NCBI GenBank assembly: GCA_048213135.1
Contig: PS015053.1
Span: forward strand, 33,682-84,577
From: Reclinomonas americana ATCC 50394
Taxonomy: Eukaryota
Length of the DNA: 50,896 nt
Direction of reading: 5' to 3'
Shown here: piece by piece, positions 20,201 to 32,500 of the stretch
Layout: every line of letters starts with the position of its first letter
How positions within the stretch are numbered: the first letter of the stretch is position 1
Program-made: the position numbers and the translations under genes
The notes under the pieces: model-generated
What the model saw: only the letters and a program-made list of their open reading frames with translations
The model's database searches: none
Told to the model about the DNA's origin: nothing

Positions 20201-23200
20201 GTCCTGGCTTGCACGCGTCACTGATTCGAGACAGCTGTCTTTCCGAGGCGGAGATCGCCCGGACCGCAGAGTGGTGCAGCGACAGAGGTTTGATGGCATC
20301 GGATGCATCTACTGTGTGCATCTTGGCTGAGCTGACGAGTGAGATGCAGCTCTGCTGGAGGCGAAGGTGCTGAAGAAAGAAGAGATGAAGGAGGAGGAGG
20401 AATGGGAAGATGATTCAAGGGTCGACTGGGAAGAAGATGAAGACGACGACATGGATGAGGCTGACAGGAGGAAGGTATGACCATGGATGACTGGACAGGT
20501 GCACATGGTGACAGCATCTCAAGTTTAGCATTCGCAGCGACGAGGGAGTGGCCCTGCAACAATGAGCAGGGACGAACAACTAATGCTGGCGAGGCTACTC
20601 GTTGCGTGTGTTTGCAGTCGAGAGTCCTTCTGCGCAAATCGTCTTGCTCATTGTATGTTTATCGCATCACCCATGTGTTTCATGCGAGAGCAGTGCTGCA
20701 ACAAGAAGAAGATACTCGTGACGGCATTCGGCATCATGGCACCCGTTGTGCTGCCAGGCACTATCCGTCATCATCAGCGCGTTCTTGTTGAACTCGCCTG
20801 CAAGGAGTGTGGTGTCCCTTCATCGAAAGCAGGACGGCTTTCGTCGGCAGTCATTAACTCATTCAGCAATAGCCTTGGTCTTACCGTCCGAGGAACACGC
20901 AGCAAGACGCCCAAGTCTGTTGAGGGAGTGCTCCAGATGATAAGCGACTTCGTTGAGGTTTGCTGCACTCATCTCGCACATGAATGATTAACGCTAATAT
21001 ACGTGTTATTATGCAGAGGAGTGAACTGCGTGGCGCTGCTCTGACGGATGCCATTGAGAGGCCGCTGTTTGTAGTGGATGAACGTGGTCATTCGGAGGTG
21101 TGCGGCCTCCCCGCGCTCAGTGTGCTCTGCGCACTCGTCGTATCTCACGTTCTGTGCTCCGGAATTCGGATGTCAGGAGTCGTCACGCTTGGCGAGGGCG
21201 CAGCACAGCAATAAGCGGAGTCTTTTCCTGCCGTTCGTCACGCAGGCTGTTGAGGCTCTTCGCAACTGTCCAGGCCTGCAGGCCACTCTGCTTCGAGACA
21301 GTTGTCTGTCTGAGGCTGAGATTGCACGTGCCGTCGAGTGGTGCCGTGAACGAGGTTTGGTTGCGTGACACACATTGTTGCAAATTGTGAATACTCTGAC
21401 GAACAGGCGACAGCTGTGAGGGAGATGGAGATGGTGAAGAAGGAGGAGAAGAGGGAGGAAGAACAGGAGGATGATGACGACAGCGAAAATGAGAATGTCG
21501 ACGCGAGAGAGAATGGCAGGAGCAAGGTACGCCCGCCCGCCACTCCTTTCTGAAAGATGCAAGAAGTGTGTATCTAAACAACTTATGGTGTGCGTTTCAC
21601 AGAGCCACAACAGTGGTCCGGCGAAGCTGAGCATTAACGAACAACTGATGCTGGCGAAACTGCTTGTTGCGTGTTGCTGTCATCTGTGCACCTCACCGAC
21701 CTTGCTATCATGAATTCCTCACTTGCGTCTGCCCATTACACTTACGAACAGGACTTCAACAGAAAGAGGATATCGGTGAAGGCATTCGGCCTCATGGCAC
21801 CCGTGGTACTGCAATCCACAGTCCTCCATCATCAGCGCCTCCTCTTCCAGTTTGCCTGTGATGAATGCGGAATGCCGTCGGAGGGACCTGGCTGTCCATC
21901 TTCCGCTGTCATGGCTGCATTTGGCAAGAGTCTTTACGATAGTGCCGGCACGGCACGCAACACTATGTCAAAGTCGGTGGAGGGTGTACTGGCGAGCGTG
22001 AGCAACTTCATCGAAGTGAGTGTCTCTGTGTTGACATTCAACAGTGACGTACCTGCCAGCTGACCTGCCTTCCATTGTGTGCATGTGGAATCATTAGAAG
22101 AGCGGACTTCGAGGACCCGAGCTGGTGGATGCTGTCGAGAGGCCAATGATTGTGATTGACGAACGTGGCTGCTCGGAGGCTTGTGGACAGTGATTGTGTG
22201 CTGGTGTGTGCCGATGATGATTGACTCACTTTCTCGTTTCTCGGGTGACAGGAATCAGCCAAGCTGATGCAGAGATACAGCAAGCAATATGTTCTTCTGC
22301 CATTCGTCACACAGGGCATGCAGGCTCTTCGCAACTGCTCCGGCCTGCTGGCTGCTCTTTTTCGAGACGGTTGCCTCTCTGAGGAAGATATTGAGCGTGC
22401 CGTCGAGTGGTGCAGTGAGCGAGGTTTGGCTGCGTGACACACATTGTTGCAAATTGTGCATACTCTGACAAACAGGCGACAGCTCTGAGGGAGATGGAGA
22501 CGGCGAAGAAAGAGAAGAAGAGAGAGGACGACGAGCAGGCGGATGATGATGACGACAGCGAGAATGAGGGCGATGACGGGAAGGGAAACAGGAGACACAA
22601 GGTACGCCCGTCACTGCTATCTGCGAGACGTGAATGATGTGCGCGTTTCAAAACTGCATGGTTCTCAATCGCAGCGCCAGAAGAGTGGCCCTGCGAAGTT
22701 GAGCATCAATGAGCAACTGATGCTGACGAGACTACATGTTGCGTGTTGTTGTTACCTCGCTGCTCAGCTCCTCACTCCCACCTACTCCACGCACGTGCGA
22801 GCAGGGCTGCAATAAGAAGAGGATACTGGTGAAGGCATTCGGCCTCATGGCACCCGTGATACTGCAATCCACTGTCCACCATCATCAGCGTGTTCTCTTC
22901 CTGCTTGCCTGTGACGAATGCGGACTGCCGTCGGAGGGACCAGGTTGCCCGTCTTCCGCAGTTATGTCTGCATTTGGCAAGAGTTTTGCCAGTAGTGTCC
23001 AGGCAACACGCAGGAAGACGCCCAAATCTGTGGAGGGAGTGCTCAAGAGTGTTAGCTACTTCATCGAGGTGAGTGTCAGTGTTCTGTTTCTGTGTCGCCT
23101 CCGAACGCGACGTTCTGTTGACTGACTTGAGTTCAATATATGCGGGATCATCAGAAATGCGGTCTACGAGGAGCTGCGCTGCTGGATGCTGTCGAAAGAC

Positions 23201-23613
23201 CACTGATTGTGATTGACGAACGTGGTTACTCTGAGGCATGTCTTCTGGATGTGTGGTCCTGTGGATCGATGCAAGCATGCTCACAATGCGTACTCTCGGG
23301 TGGCAGGAATCGGCAAAGTCTTTGAGGGCAGGTCCTCCAAATTCCCTTCTGCCATTTGTCACGCAGGTCATGCATCTGCTTCGCAACTGTCCCGGCCTGC
23401 TGGCCACCTTGCTTCGAGACGGTTGTCTTTCAAAGGCGGAGGTTGAGCGTGCTGGTGAGTGCTTGTCACGTGACAATGTTGGTGCACCTGGTTGTTGTTG
23501 CGTGTCGTTTCATCATGAGCACTGACGAGCATGATGCAGTGCTGGGTGACGAGAAGCCGATGAAGATGGAGGTGGCGAAGAAGGAGGAGGAGGACGAGGA
23601 CGAGGACATGTAG
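16878..23613 (+). CDS. Repeat-domain family paralogue C (5 domain copies)
   Basis: ATG 16878; core exons 18394-18657, 19607-19870, 20694-20957, 21752-22015, 22805-23068; NLS-like exon ANASSDDEIAPPKKKKK; ends EDEDEDM-TAG at 23611-23613. Confidence 0.85.
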
Positions 23614-24043
23614 AGCAAGCAGTTCGAGAGGATGATACTGCCGTGAATGGACGATGATATGCCTGCACCGGTGCGTGGTGAGGGAGGAGCAGCTGGAGGG
23701 ATGAGGGACACGGGAAGAAGTTTCACTGTGCTGGCAGCACATGCAGACTGCAGGTTGTTTGTGAAATAGATGGAGCTTGTCGAAGAAGGAGAAGAAGAGA
23801 GCAGAAACCCCAGTGCACCAAGAGGGACGCTCCGAGCAGCGGCCTTGTGTTATGAGGGAAGGACTCTGCATCTGAGTTTCCTTTTCATGCAGCTGACTGC
23901 TTGCTGTTGCCGCAGGAGATGAGTGAAGAAGATTAGAACCGGGGCAATCATGCAACTCGCGAGGTGAATGAATGCTGTTGTGCGAGTAGCCGCGTGGAGG
24001 CATCCATTTGCATCAGTGCACGGAGTATCGTCACAGTTTGTCG

Positions 24044-24583
24044 TAACGAGGAGTACGCTGCGGTGATATCATGAAGAAGAAGAAAAAGAAGGAGGAGTAG
24101 GAGGAGAAGAAGAAGAAGAAGAAGAAGAAGTGCTGCTTTATTGATTCTGCGGATACTCCAGCAGTAGCACTCAGCATCGTGCGGATCACGGGTTGTGGGG
24201 GAGCAACATACGTCCTGTCAAATAGTCCCACTGTCTCTCTCTCTCTCCTTGTTGACACGCGTGGGCAACGCCGCCAGTGTTCTTAACGAGGAGTACGCTG
24301 CGGTGATATTGTGAAGGAGAAGAAGAAGAAGAAGAACAAGAACAAGAGGAAGCATAAGAAGAAGAAGAAGAAGAAGTGAAAAGAACAGGAAGATCTAGAA
24401 CAAGAAGAAGAAGAAAAAGAAGAAGAAGAAGTAGAAGAAGAACAAGAACAGGAAGAAGAAGAAGTGGTGCTTTTGAATCTGCGGATTGCTGCACTAGCAC
24501 TCTTACGTCCTGACAAATCGTCCCACTGTCCCTTTCCTCTCTCCTTCGTTGTTGACACGCATGGGCAACGCCGCCAGTGTTCT
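24044..24583 (+). repeat. Local tandem duplication (~240 and ~300 nt units) that includes the LRAT-like start region
   Basis: AACGAGGAGTACGCTGCGGTGATAT at ~24045 and ~24285; GTTGACACGC[G/A]TGGGCAACGCCGCCAGTGTTCT at ~24251 and ~24551. Confidence 0.85.
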
Positions 24584-27500
24584 CTCCTCCTCCTCCTCTT
24601 CCTCTTCCTCCTCCTCCAAAGTGAGCGAAGTGTGTGAGCGAGTGGTGGACGCGGGCGCTGAGGGACTCGGCTCTGTGCTGAGTGAGTTCTCGCACGCGGT
24701 GCAAGCGCATGAGCTCGTGCCCGGCGATCACATCTNNNNNNNNNNNNNNNNNNNNATGTGTGGAGAGTCAAACTGGGCTTTCCATTTCAGCATCATGGTG
24801 AGCAGGGAGAGGGAGGGAGAGAAGGGGGAGAGAGAAAGAGAGAGAGAGAGATAGTGAGGTTAAGGCGACAAAAATGACGACTTAGGTGTTGACTTAAGTG
24901 TGTGTGAGAGAGAGAGCAGTGAGAGAGAGAGAGAGAGAGAGTATGTCTTTGTCTCTCTAATTCCTTGTTTGTGTGTGTGTGTGTGTGTTTGTTTATTCTG
25001 TGAGAGAGAGAGAGAGGAGTGTGTGAGTGAGTGAGAGACAGTGTGAGAGACTGTGTGTGAGTGTGTGTTCTTTCTCTGTGTGTCATTCGCTCTCTCTTCT
25101 CTCTGTCAGTGTGTGCTCTTTGTTACTCTGTGAGTTGCTCCACACACACACAGCGCGCTCTCTCCCTTCTTCTTTGTGTGTGTGTGTGTGTGTGTGTTCC
25201 TTGCTCATCGCAAAGACTCGCACACAAAGAGTCTGACTCGGTTTATCCTTTGCCTCCCTTCTCGCTCTCTCTCACTCACTCTCACTCTCTCTCGCTCGCT
25301 CGCACACACACACGCGCAGTGACACACTCTCATACAGACTGGAAGCACCAACACTGAAACCGTGTCTGATTGCGATTTTGGCGACTCTTCTCACGCTCTT
25401 CTCCCTCTCCTTCTCCCTTCTCCCTCTCCTGCCCCCTCTCCTCCTGTGCCTCCCTCTCCTTCTCCGCTCTCGTCATTCTCTGTGTGAGCATTTTTCCATC
25501 AATGGCAGTTAGTTAGTGGCCGGCGTTTCCGGTCATACAGCAGTTGATTGTTATGTTGTTTCGCAGGCATTTACGTGGGTGCATGCGGTGGTTCTGGAGA
25601 GCGGCAAGTGGTGCACTTTGATAAGGGACGCGGGGACTTTGATGCCGATGGTGACGAGGACCGAGCGTGCGTGTGTGAGGTGTCGCTGGAGAGGTTTCTG
25701 AAGGGCGGGCAGCTGCGGCGGGTGCGGTATGGGGAGACCACGTGGAAGAAGGTGAGTGGGATGGAAGGGGAGGAGTGGGGGAGGGATAAAAGGGGAAGGA
25801 AGGGAGATCGAGGAGGGACGGGAAAGGGATAAAGGGAGATTGAGGAGAGAGAGAGAGGGAGGGAGAGATGGAGCGAGAGAGAAAGAGAGAGAGTGAGAGT
25901 GAGAGAGAGAGATGGAGGGAGAATGATGGGAGTTGAGAGTGCAGTCAGGATAAGAAGGCGCTTGCACTGTCCGAAGGCACGAACATGCAAACATGTGAGA
26001 GGGAGAGCCCTTGCTGCTCGTCAAAAATGTCTCTATGTGCGTGTGAGAGAGACTGGGAAGAAGAAAGAGCAAAGAAGGTTCTGTGTGAGAGAGAGTGTGT
26101 ACAGTCAGGATAGGAAGGCCCCCTACACGATCCAAAGGCACGTACACGCAAAATAAGCAACCATGCGACAGATAGAGAAGGAGCAAGAGACCGAGAGTGA
26201 GAGAGACGCGAGTCAGCAAGTGGACAGCGAGAGTGAGAGAGAATCGGAAGAAGAATGTGAAATGGAGGGGCTCTAAAAAGCGGGGGATCTGAAGGAGCAA
26301 GAGAAGGAAAGATATCATCATGAGAATAAGAGTTGCTCTGTGACTTCGACGAGCAGTGGCGTCTTTCGCGAGAGTAGATGATCTCTCAGCTTGCCGTCAC
26401 CGCAGCATGTCCTAACTTTGTGCCGACCCACACAGTTCATAAAGTTGAGTGGTGTCAGCCATACCTTCCCGAAAGACGAGCCCGACATGGTTGTCGCTCG
26501 GTATGCACTGCCTTCGTTCACCCACTTCCATCTCCCACACTCACCTTTCTCCTGCTACTTCGCAGCGCACTGAGCTTTGTCGGTTGCGGCGAGGGTGTTT
26601 GTTGCGTGTTCTGTCACAGTCCTCCTCTTGCTGCTTGTGTGACTTACCCTTTGCTTACCAGACAACCTCCTCCATCGCAACTGCGAGCATTTGTGCATTT
26701 ACTGCTGCACTGGGCGATTGCTGAGGTTCGAGTTGTTTTTTTAGCGAAGATCGCTGATTGTCATGGCTCACCCTGCTCGTCACCCACAGTGAGCAGGCGC
26801 GCGGACTCGGCATTGTCAAGGATATCGCGAAGTATGCCATTCTTATTATCGGAGGTTTGTACAGCAATGTTTCCCTTCAGTTTGCTGCCCGGCATCTTCT
26901 TCTTCTTTGCTCTCATCGTGTTCCTCTGCGTGATGTCCTCTCCCTTTTGGTCTCTCCCTTCCTCGTCTTCCGTCCGTTCCCCCGCTCACACATTTTCTTT
27001 CTTTCTCCTCACACACTGCTGGCCTCGGCTGTGAACTCGATTGCTGTCTTAGTATGTGTGTGTGCGCATTGTCTGATTCTCATGCCTTCACTTTCTGCAT
27101 ACTTCACCGCTGTCTTCTTTTTATTCTTCTTCACCTCCCCCCTTTCCTTCCCCCTTTTCCTTCCCCCTGTTCCTTCCCCCTTTTCCTTCCTCCTTTTCCT
27201 TCCCCTTTCCTTCCCCTTTTCCTTCCCCTTTTCCTTCCCCTCTTCCTTCCCCCTTTTCCTTCCCCTTTTCCTTCCCCCTTTTCCTTTTCCTTCTCCCTTT
27301 TCCTTCTCCTTCTCCTTCTCCCTTGCTCCTTCCCCCTTCTCCTTCCCCCTTCTCCTTTCCCCTTCTCCTTTTCCCTTTTCTCCCCACTTTTCCTTCCTCC
27401 TTTCTCCTTCCCCCTTTCTCCTTCGCCCTTCGCCTCCCCCCTTACCGTTCCCTTTTTCCTTCTCTCTTCTCCCTTCTCCTCCCCTTCTCCTTCCCCTTTA

Positions 27501-27984
27501 TCCCTTCCCCTAAATCCCCCCCTCACTTCCCCCATTGTCCCCCTCCCAGGCATGGCCCTGGTCGGCACCCTCACCGGCACCCTCCTCGGCATCATTCCCA
27601 CCTTTGCCCTGCCCGGGCTCACCACCTTGGACCTCCTGCGCGCCCTCATGTCGCCGCCAGTCGGCGCGGCCGTGGCCTTTTTCGCCGGCGGTGATCGTTG
27701 CGTTCCCCCTGCTCCCCCTCTCCCCCTCTCTCGTCTGACACGGATGCACAGCCGGTCTCTTTGACGGCGTCTTGCTCCCGCCGGCGCCGTCAGACGCTAT
27801 TCTCGAGCGCAACCTGAGGAGAGCCATTGCGGAGAGTGGTGAGTGGCGCATTGAGAGAATCAACCCAACTTGTTTCGGTTGATTATTCATCGTTCGTCTT
27901 GCTGCAGACGCCTCGAGGCCTGAGCGACTCGCGGCGCTGTGCGAGGCCTCCAAGCCGGAGGGAGAGAGTGAGAACCGAATTTGA
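24561..27984 (+). CDS. LRAT/NC-domain (permuted NlpC/P60) phospholipase/acyltransferase-like protein with myristoylation-like N-terminus and hydrophobic C-terminus
   Basis: Exons 24561-24797, 25567-25751, 26436-26500, 26566-26600, 26662-26725, 26790-26854, 27550-27690, 27752-27838, 27908-27984 give MGNAAS...LVPGDHIYVWRVKLGFPFQHHGIYVG...QVVHF...VSLERFLKGG...VVARALSFVGCGEGVYNLLHRNCEHLCIYCCTG. These match the GDHI, HxGIY, VxHF and NCEH motifs of the LRAT family. Requires the 20-N gap at 24736-24755 to be zero length. Confidence 0.88.
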
Positions 27985-28116
27985 AGTGCAGCAGCAGCAG
28001 CAGCGGCTGTGCGTGTTTACCGATGTGAAATGTAGCTAGCGATGATTAAAACACCAAATCGACACGACTGTACTCCACACAATGTTCTCTCTCCTCCCCC
28101 GCTCCTCTTCGCTCGT

Positions 28117-29541
28117 TCATGGCGAGTCCAATCGCACCACATGGAGCTCTGTCTCCGGATTGCTCACGACCACCACCGACCCATCGCGAATCGGTTCAGT
28201 GGAGACCGCGTTGCGCATATCGGCGCGACGAGGAGGACTGCATGACAAAGTGAGCAACATATTGAATCTCTGTGTTCGAGATTGAAAACACACCTGTCCT
28301 GCCGGCTGGCCACCTGGTCGGCAGGCACGGTCGCTCGATAAAAGAGATTGGCCAGGCGCTTGCCGTCCCGCGCCGAGGCAATCGTCTCCAGATTGCCGAC
28401 CACCACAAACAGCTCCGAGGCACGCGTGGAAGCCACGCTCACTCGCGCGCGATCCACCACACCTGCAATGCATGGGTGAGGGAGGGCGTGGAGAAGGGAT
28501 GGAAATGAAGGATACGCACGTTGCGCCTCGACGGGGTCCTCTGGCCACACGACAATCACCACCGGGGCCTCCGAGCTCTGGAAGTCGTCCACATGTGCAA
28601 CAGTGCCGACAGACAGGTTGCCGTCGGAGATGGCGCGGAGAAGTACCGATACGTGCTCGTGGGTGAAGGCCAGGAGCACCAAGTCGGATTCCTCCAGGGC
28701 TGGGAGAAGGGGGAGATGAGGAAGGGGTGGAAGGGGGAGCAGAGGCAAAGGGGCAAGGAGAGGGAGAAGGGGAAAGGAGAGGGAGAAGGGGAAAGGGATT
28801 AGGGGAAAGAGATAAGTGGAGAGAATTCGAAACCGCAATGAATTCTGAAAGACAGTGCGTGAATCAAGGCGACAGAACGAGACTCAACATGTAGAAAAGC
28901 GAAAGAACAGCGTGGTAAATCGTGAAATGGAAAGCAGGTGCGACGCGAATAATGGATCCATTACATCGCAACCGAAAGCAGAACGAGAGGAACTGATCCA
29001 AGTTCAGAGTCTTCGCATTCCCATCCCTTCCTATCTCATTTGTTCTTTTCTCTTTCTCTCTGCTCTAATCTCTCAGTTCCTGCCTTCCTCTCTCCCGTCC
29101 CCTTTTCTATTCTCCCTTTCCCCAGCATACCTGACCCAGCCATCGTCAATCTCTTGCACGTGCTCTGCAAAATCGCTCGCCGACCATCCGCATTGGCATG
29201 CTGCGGCACATCCACCAGCACCACCGACGGCTTGAACACGCGCACTTGCACCGGCGTCGACGGCGCCGCGAGTGCCGGATCGAGCGACATGCGATTCAAC
29301 AGCTGCGACAGCGCGCGACCCAGCGGTGGCGAGAAGCGGTACTGGCGCGAAAGCTCCGTCGGGGGCACGCCGGCGCGGTTGTACACGTGAAGGATGCTGT
29401 GAGGAGGAGAATAGGGAGGAAAGGGAAGAAGAGAGGAGAGGGGGAGGCAAGGAAAGGGCAGAGGGAGACGATGATAGTAGAGAGAAAGGGAGGAACGAGA
29501 AGCGACAAAGAAAGAGAGTAAGAGAGAGGGAAAAAGACAGA

Positions 29542-29575
<34 letters not shown>

Positions 29576-32500
29576 CGGAGAGAGAGAGAGAGAAACAGCA
29601 GAGAGAAACGGAGAGAGACGCACAGAGAGAGAGAGCCGAGAGAGAGAAGAAGAGAGTAAGAAAGCACGAGACGAGAGAAAGCGAGGAGAGAAATATGAGA
29701 AGGGAGACACGGTAATAAAGAGAGGGTGATAGCAAGGGATGATAATAGAAATGAGTAGTCAATATGAGTGAAAAGGAGACACACCGCAATAAAGAGGGGA
29801 GAGGAGGGGAGAGAGAAATGTCAGCCATTGTGTGGAGGAGAAAACAGGGGAGAAGGCGAACGTACCCATCGGTGAGCAAGCGGCGCGGACCGTCGCGTGC
29901 CTCCAGCGGCTCGCTCTGCAAATCACGCAGCGCCGACCGACACGGAGTAACGCCGGAGAAGCGATTGCCAAGAATCGTCGCTTGCACAATGTCCACGCGG
30001 GCGAACTGCGGAGGAGGGGGGAATGGTGAGTGCAAGGGAGAGCGGGCGAGAGAATATTGACGGAGAAGGACGTGGCGTGCGACGGGAAACGATGCTAATA
30101 AACTACAACGGAGGCAATGATGAAAGGAGAGGAGAAGGAGAGTAAGGCGAGAAGCATACCGTCACGCTCCCTTCCCTCCACTCGAATGACAAGAGGGAAA
30201 AGAGAGGAAAGGAAGGTGAATTGTCTCTTCGCACTCCATTCCAGCTCACAATCCCTTCTCCTCCGGGAGGAATGAAGAGAGAGGTGTTGAGAGCGGATGT
30301 ATGGAGGAATAGTGAATATGAAGACAATGTAGAGCTCACTTGAGCCGACAAGAGGATAGGATAGCAAATCTCTGCCCTTCACCCTCCTCTCCCCTCGCCT
30401 CCGCAGGACCAAGCAGCGGGAGAAATGAAGAAAGAGGTGTAGAGCGCATGAAAGGAGTAAGAAGTGAAAAAAAAAACACAGCAGATCTCACAAGAGGCGA
30501 GAAGAGAAGAACAGATTTCTGGAATAAACTATCATTCTCCCTTCACACCTCATTCCAGATATCAATCCCTTCCCCTCCACTCTCCCTGCCCCTTCACTCA
30601 TTCTCTCCTAATTTCCCTTTCCCTTCTCTCCCATTCCCTTTTCCCTTTCCATTCCCTTCACTTTCCCATTCTCTCAACTCTCTTTCGCTCACTCTCCCTC
30701 CTCCTTCCCCTTCATCCCCTTTCCCTTCCCCTTTTGCTCACCGGCACCAAGAACAACGGAAAGTTGACCTCCCCCGCATCATCCACAATCAAGCGATACC
30801 GCTGCACGTCAAACTCCAGCGACCGACTGCACAACGCCGGCAGCGACACGAAGTACACCTTGGCCGCATCAAAGAACGCCACCGACGATGACTGCGCGAT
30901 AATCAGTGAGCCTCTTCCCATCGCAAAGCATTCCCTTTCCTCATCAACGCGCAACTTGCTGATCGGCATTCTTCCGAATCTGATACATGAAATCACCGTA
31001 GAGCTCGCGGAACTCCTCGACGTCGTCCTTGGGAATGTCGGGTCCCAGCAGGCGCACCATCGGCACCGCATCGCCCATCTCCTCCGTCACGTTGTTCTCG
31101 TAAAAAGTGCAGGCCAGTGCGTCCACGGCGGCGTCGTTCGGCGCACACACAATGATCTTGTCGTCGGGGTAGCGGCGACGGTAAAAGTCCAGCAGCGCCT
31201 CCACCACGCGCGTCTTGCCGGTGCCGGCCTCGCCCGACACAATGGAAATGTTGCGGTTCACGGCCAGCTGCAGGCCGCGCGATTGGTCCTCGTCGAGGCC
31301 GTGTGCGCGCTGCACGTCTATCAAACTGCGATGTGGGGGGAGAAGGGGAAGGCGAAGGGAAAGGGCGGAGGAGGCGAAGGGAAAGGGCGGAGGAGGCGAA
31401 GGGAAGGAAGGGAAGGGAAAAGAGAAGACGAGACAAAGGAGGGGAAAAGAGGTGGAGAGGGAAGGGAAAAGGAGATAGGGAAGGAGAAGATAGAAAAGAG
31501 GAATGGAAAACAGCAGGAGAAGAAACCGAGGAGGCAGAGAGGGATCAATTGGAGAAGGAGAAATGAAAAAGAGATGGAGAAGGAGAACAAGTAGAATGAG
31601 GAATGGAAAGAAGAGAGAAGGAGAAGAACACCGAAGACGGAGGGGAGAGAGGGAGAATTGTGATAAGAGAAGAAAAAGAAGATAGGGAAGGAGAAGGAAT
31701 AGAAAAAGGAATGGAAAGAAAAAGAACAGGGAAGAGATGCGGAAGGAATATGAAAAGGAAGGGGAAGGAGGAGAGCAAAACGGAGACAAGAAAGAAGAGG
31801 AGAAGAAGTGTAAGCAGCACATCGAAAACATCAATTGCTGGCGGAGGGCAAACACTCAACATTTGTTCGTGAATCGCACGCTCGCCGGAGGCATGTTGAA
31901 GATCGATCACTTTGCCGTCGATGATGTTCATCATTACGTCGGAGGTGTCGGAGCGCATCAGGAAGCGGAGAGAGGCGTCCATCTCGAGCACGGTGCGCAT
32001 GCTGTAGACGTCGTCCTTGACGCCTTGGCGGGCCTGTCGAGAGGTGAGAGAAGGGGGTGAGACATGGTGGGAAAGGGGGAGGGTAAAGGGGAAGGGTAAA
32101 GGGAAAGGGAAAGGGGAAGGGGGAGTGACAAAAGGGAGTGGAAGGAGGAGTGCAAGGAGGAGTGCAAGGGGGAGTGTGCAAGGGGGAGTGCAAGGGGGAG
32201 TGACAAGGGGGAGTGCAAGGGGGAGTGACAAGGGGGAGTGACAAGGGGGAGTGACAAGGGGGAGTGACAAGGGGGAGTGACAAGGGGGAGTGACAAGGGG
32301 GAGTGACAAGGGGGAGTGACAAGGGGGAATGCAAGGGGGGAATGCAAGGGGGAATGCAAGGGGGAATGCAAGGGGGAATGCAAGGGGGAATGCAAGGGGG
32401 AATGCAAGGGGGAATGCAAGGGGGAATGCAAGGGGGNNNNNNNNNNNNNNNNNNNNNNNNNNNNNNNNNNNNNNNNNNNNNNNNNNNNNNNNNNNNNNNN

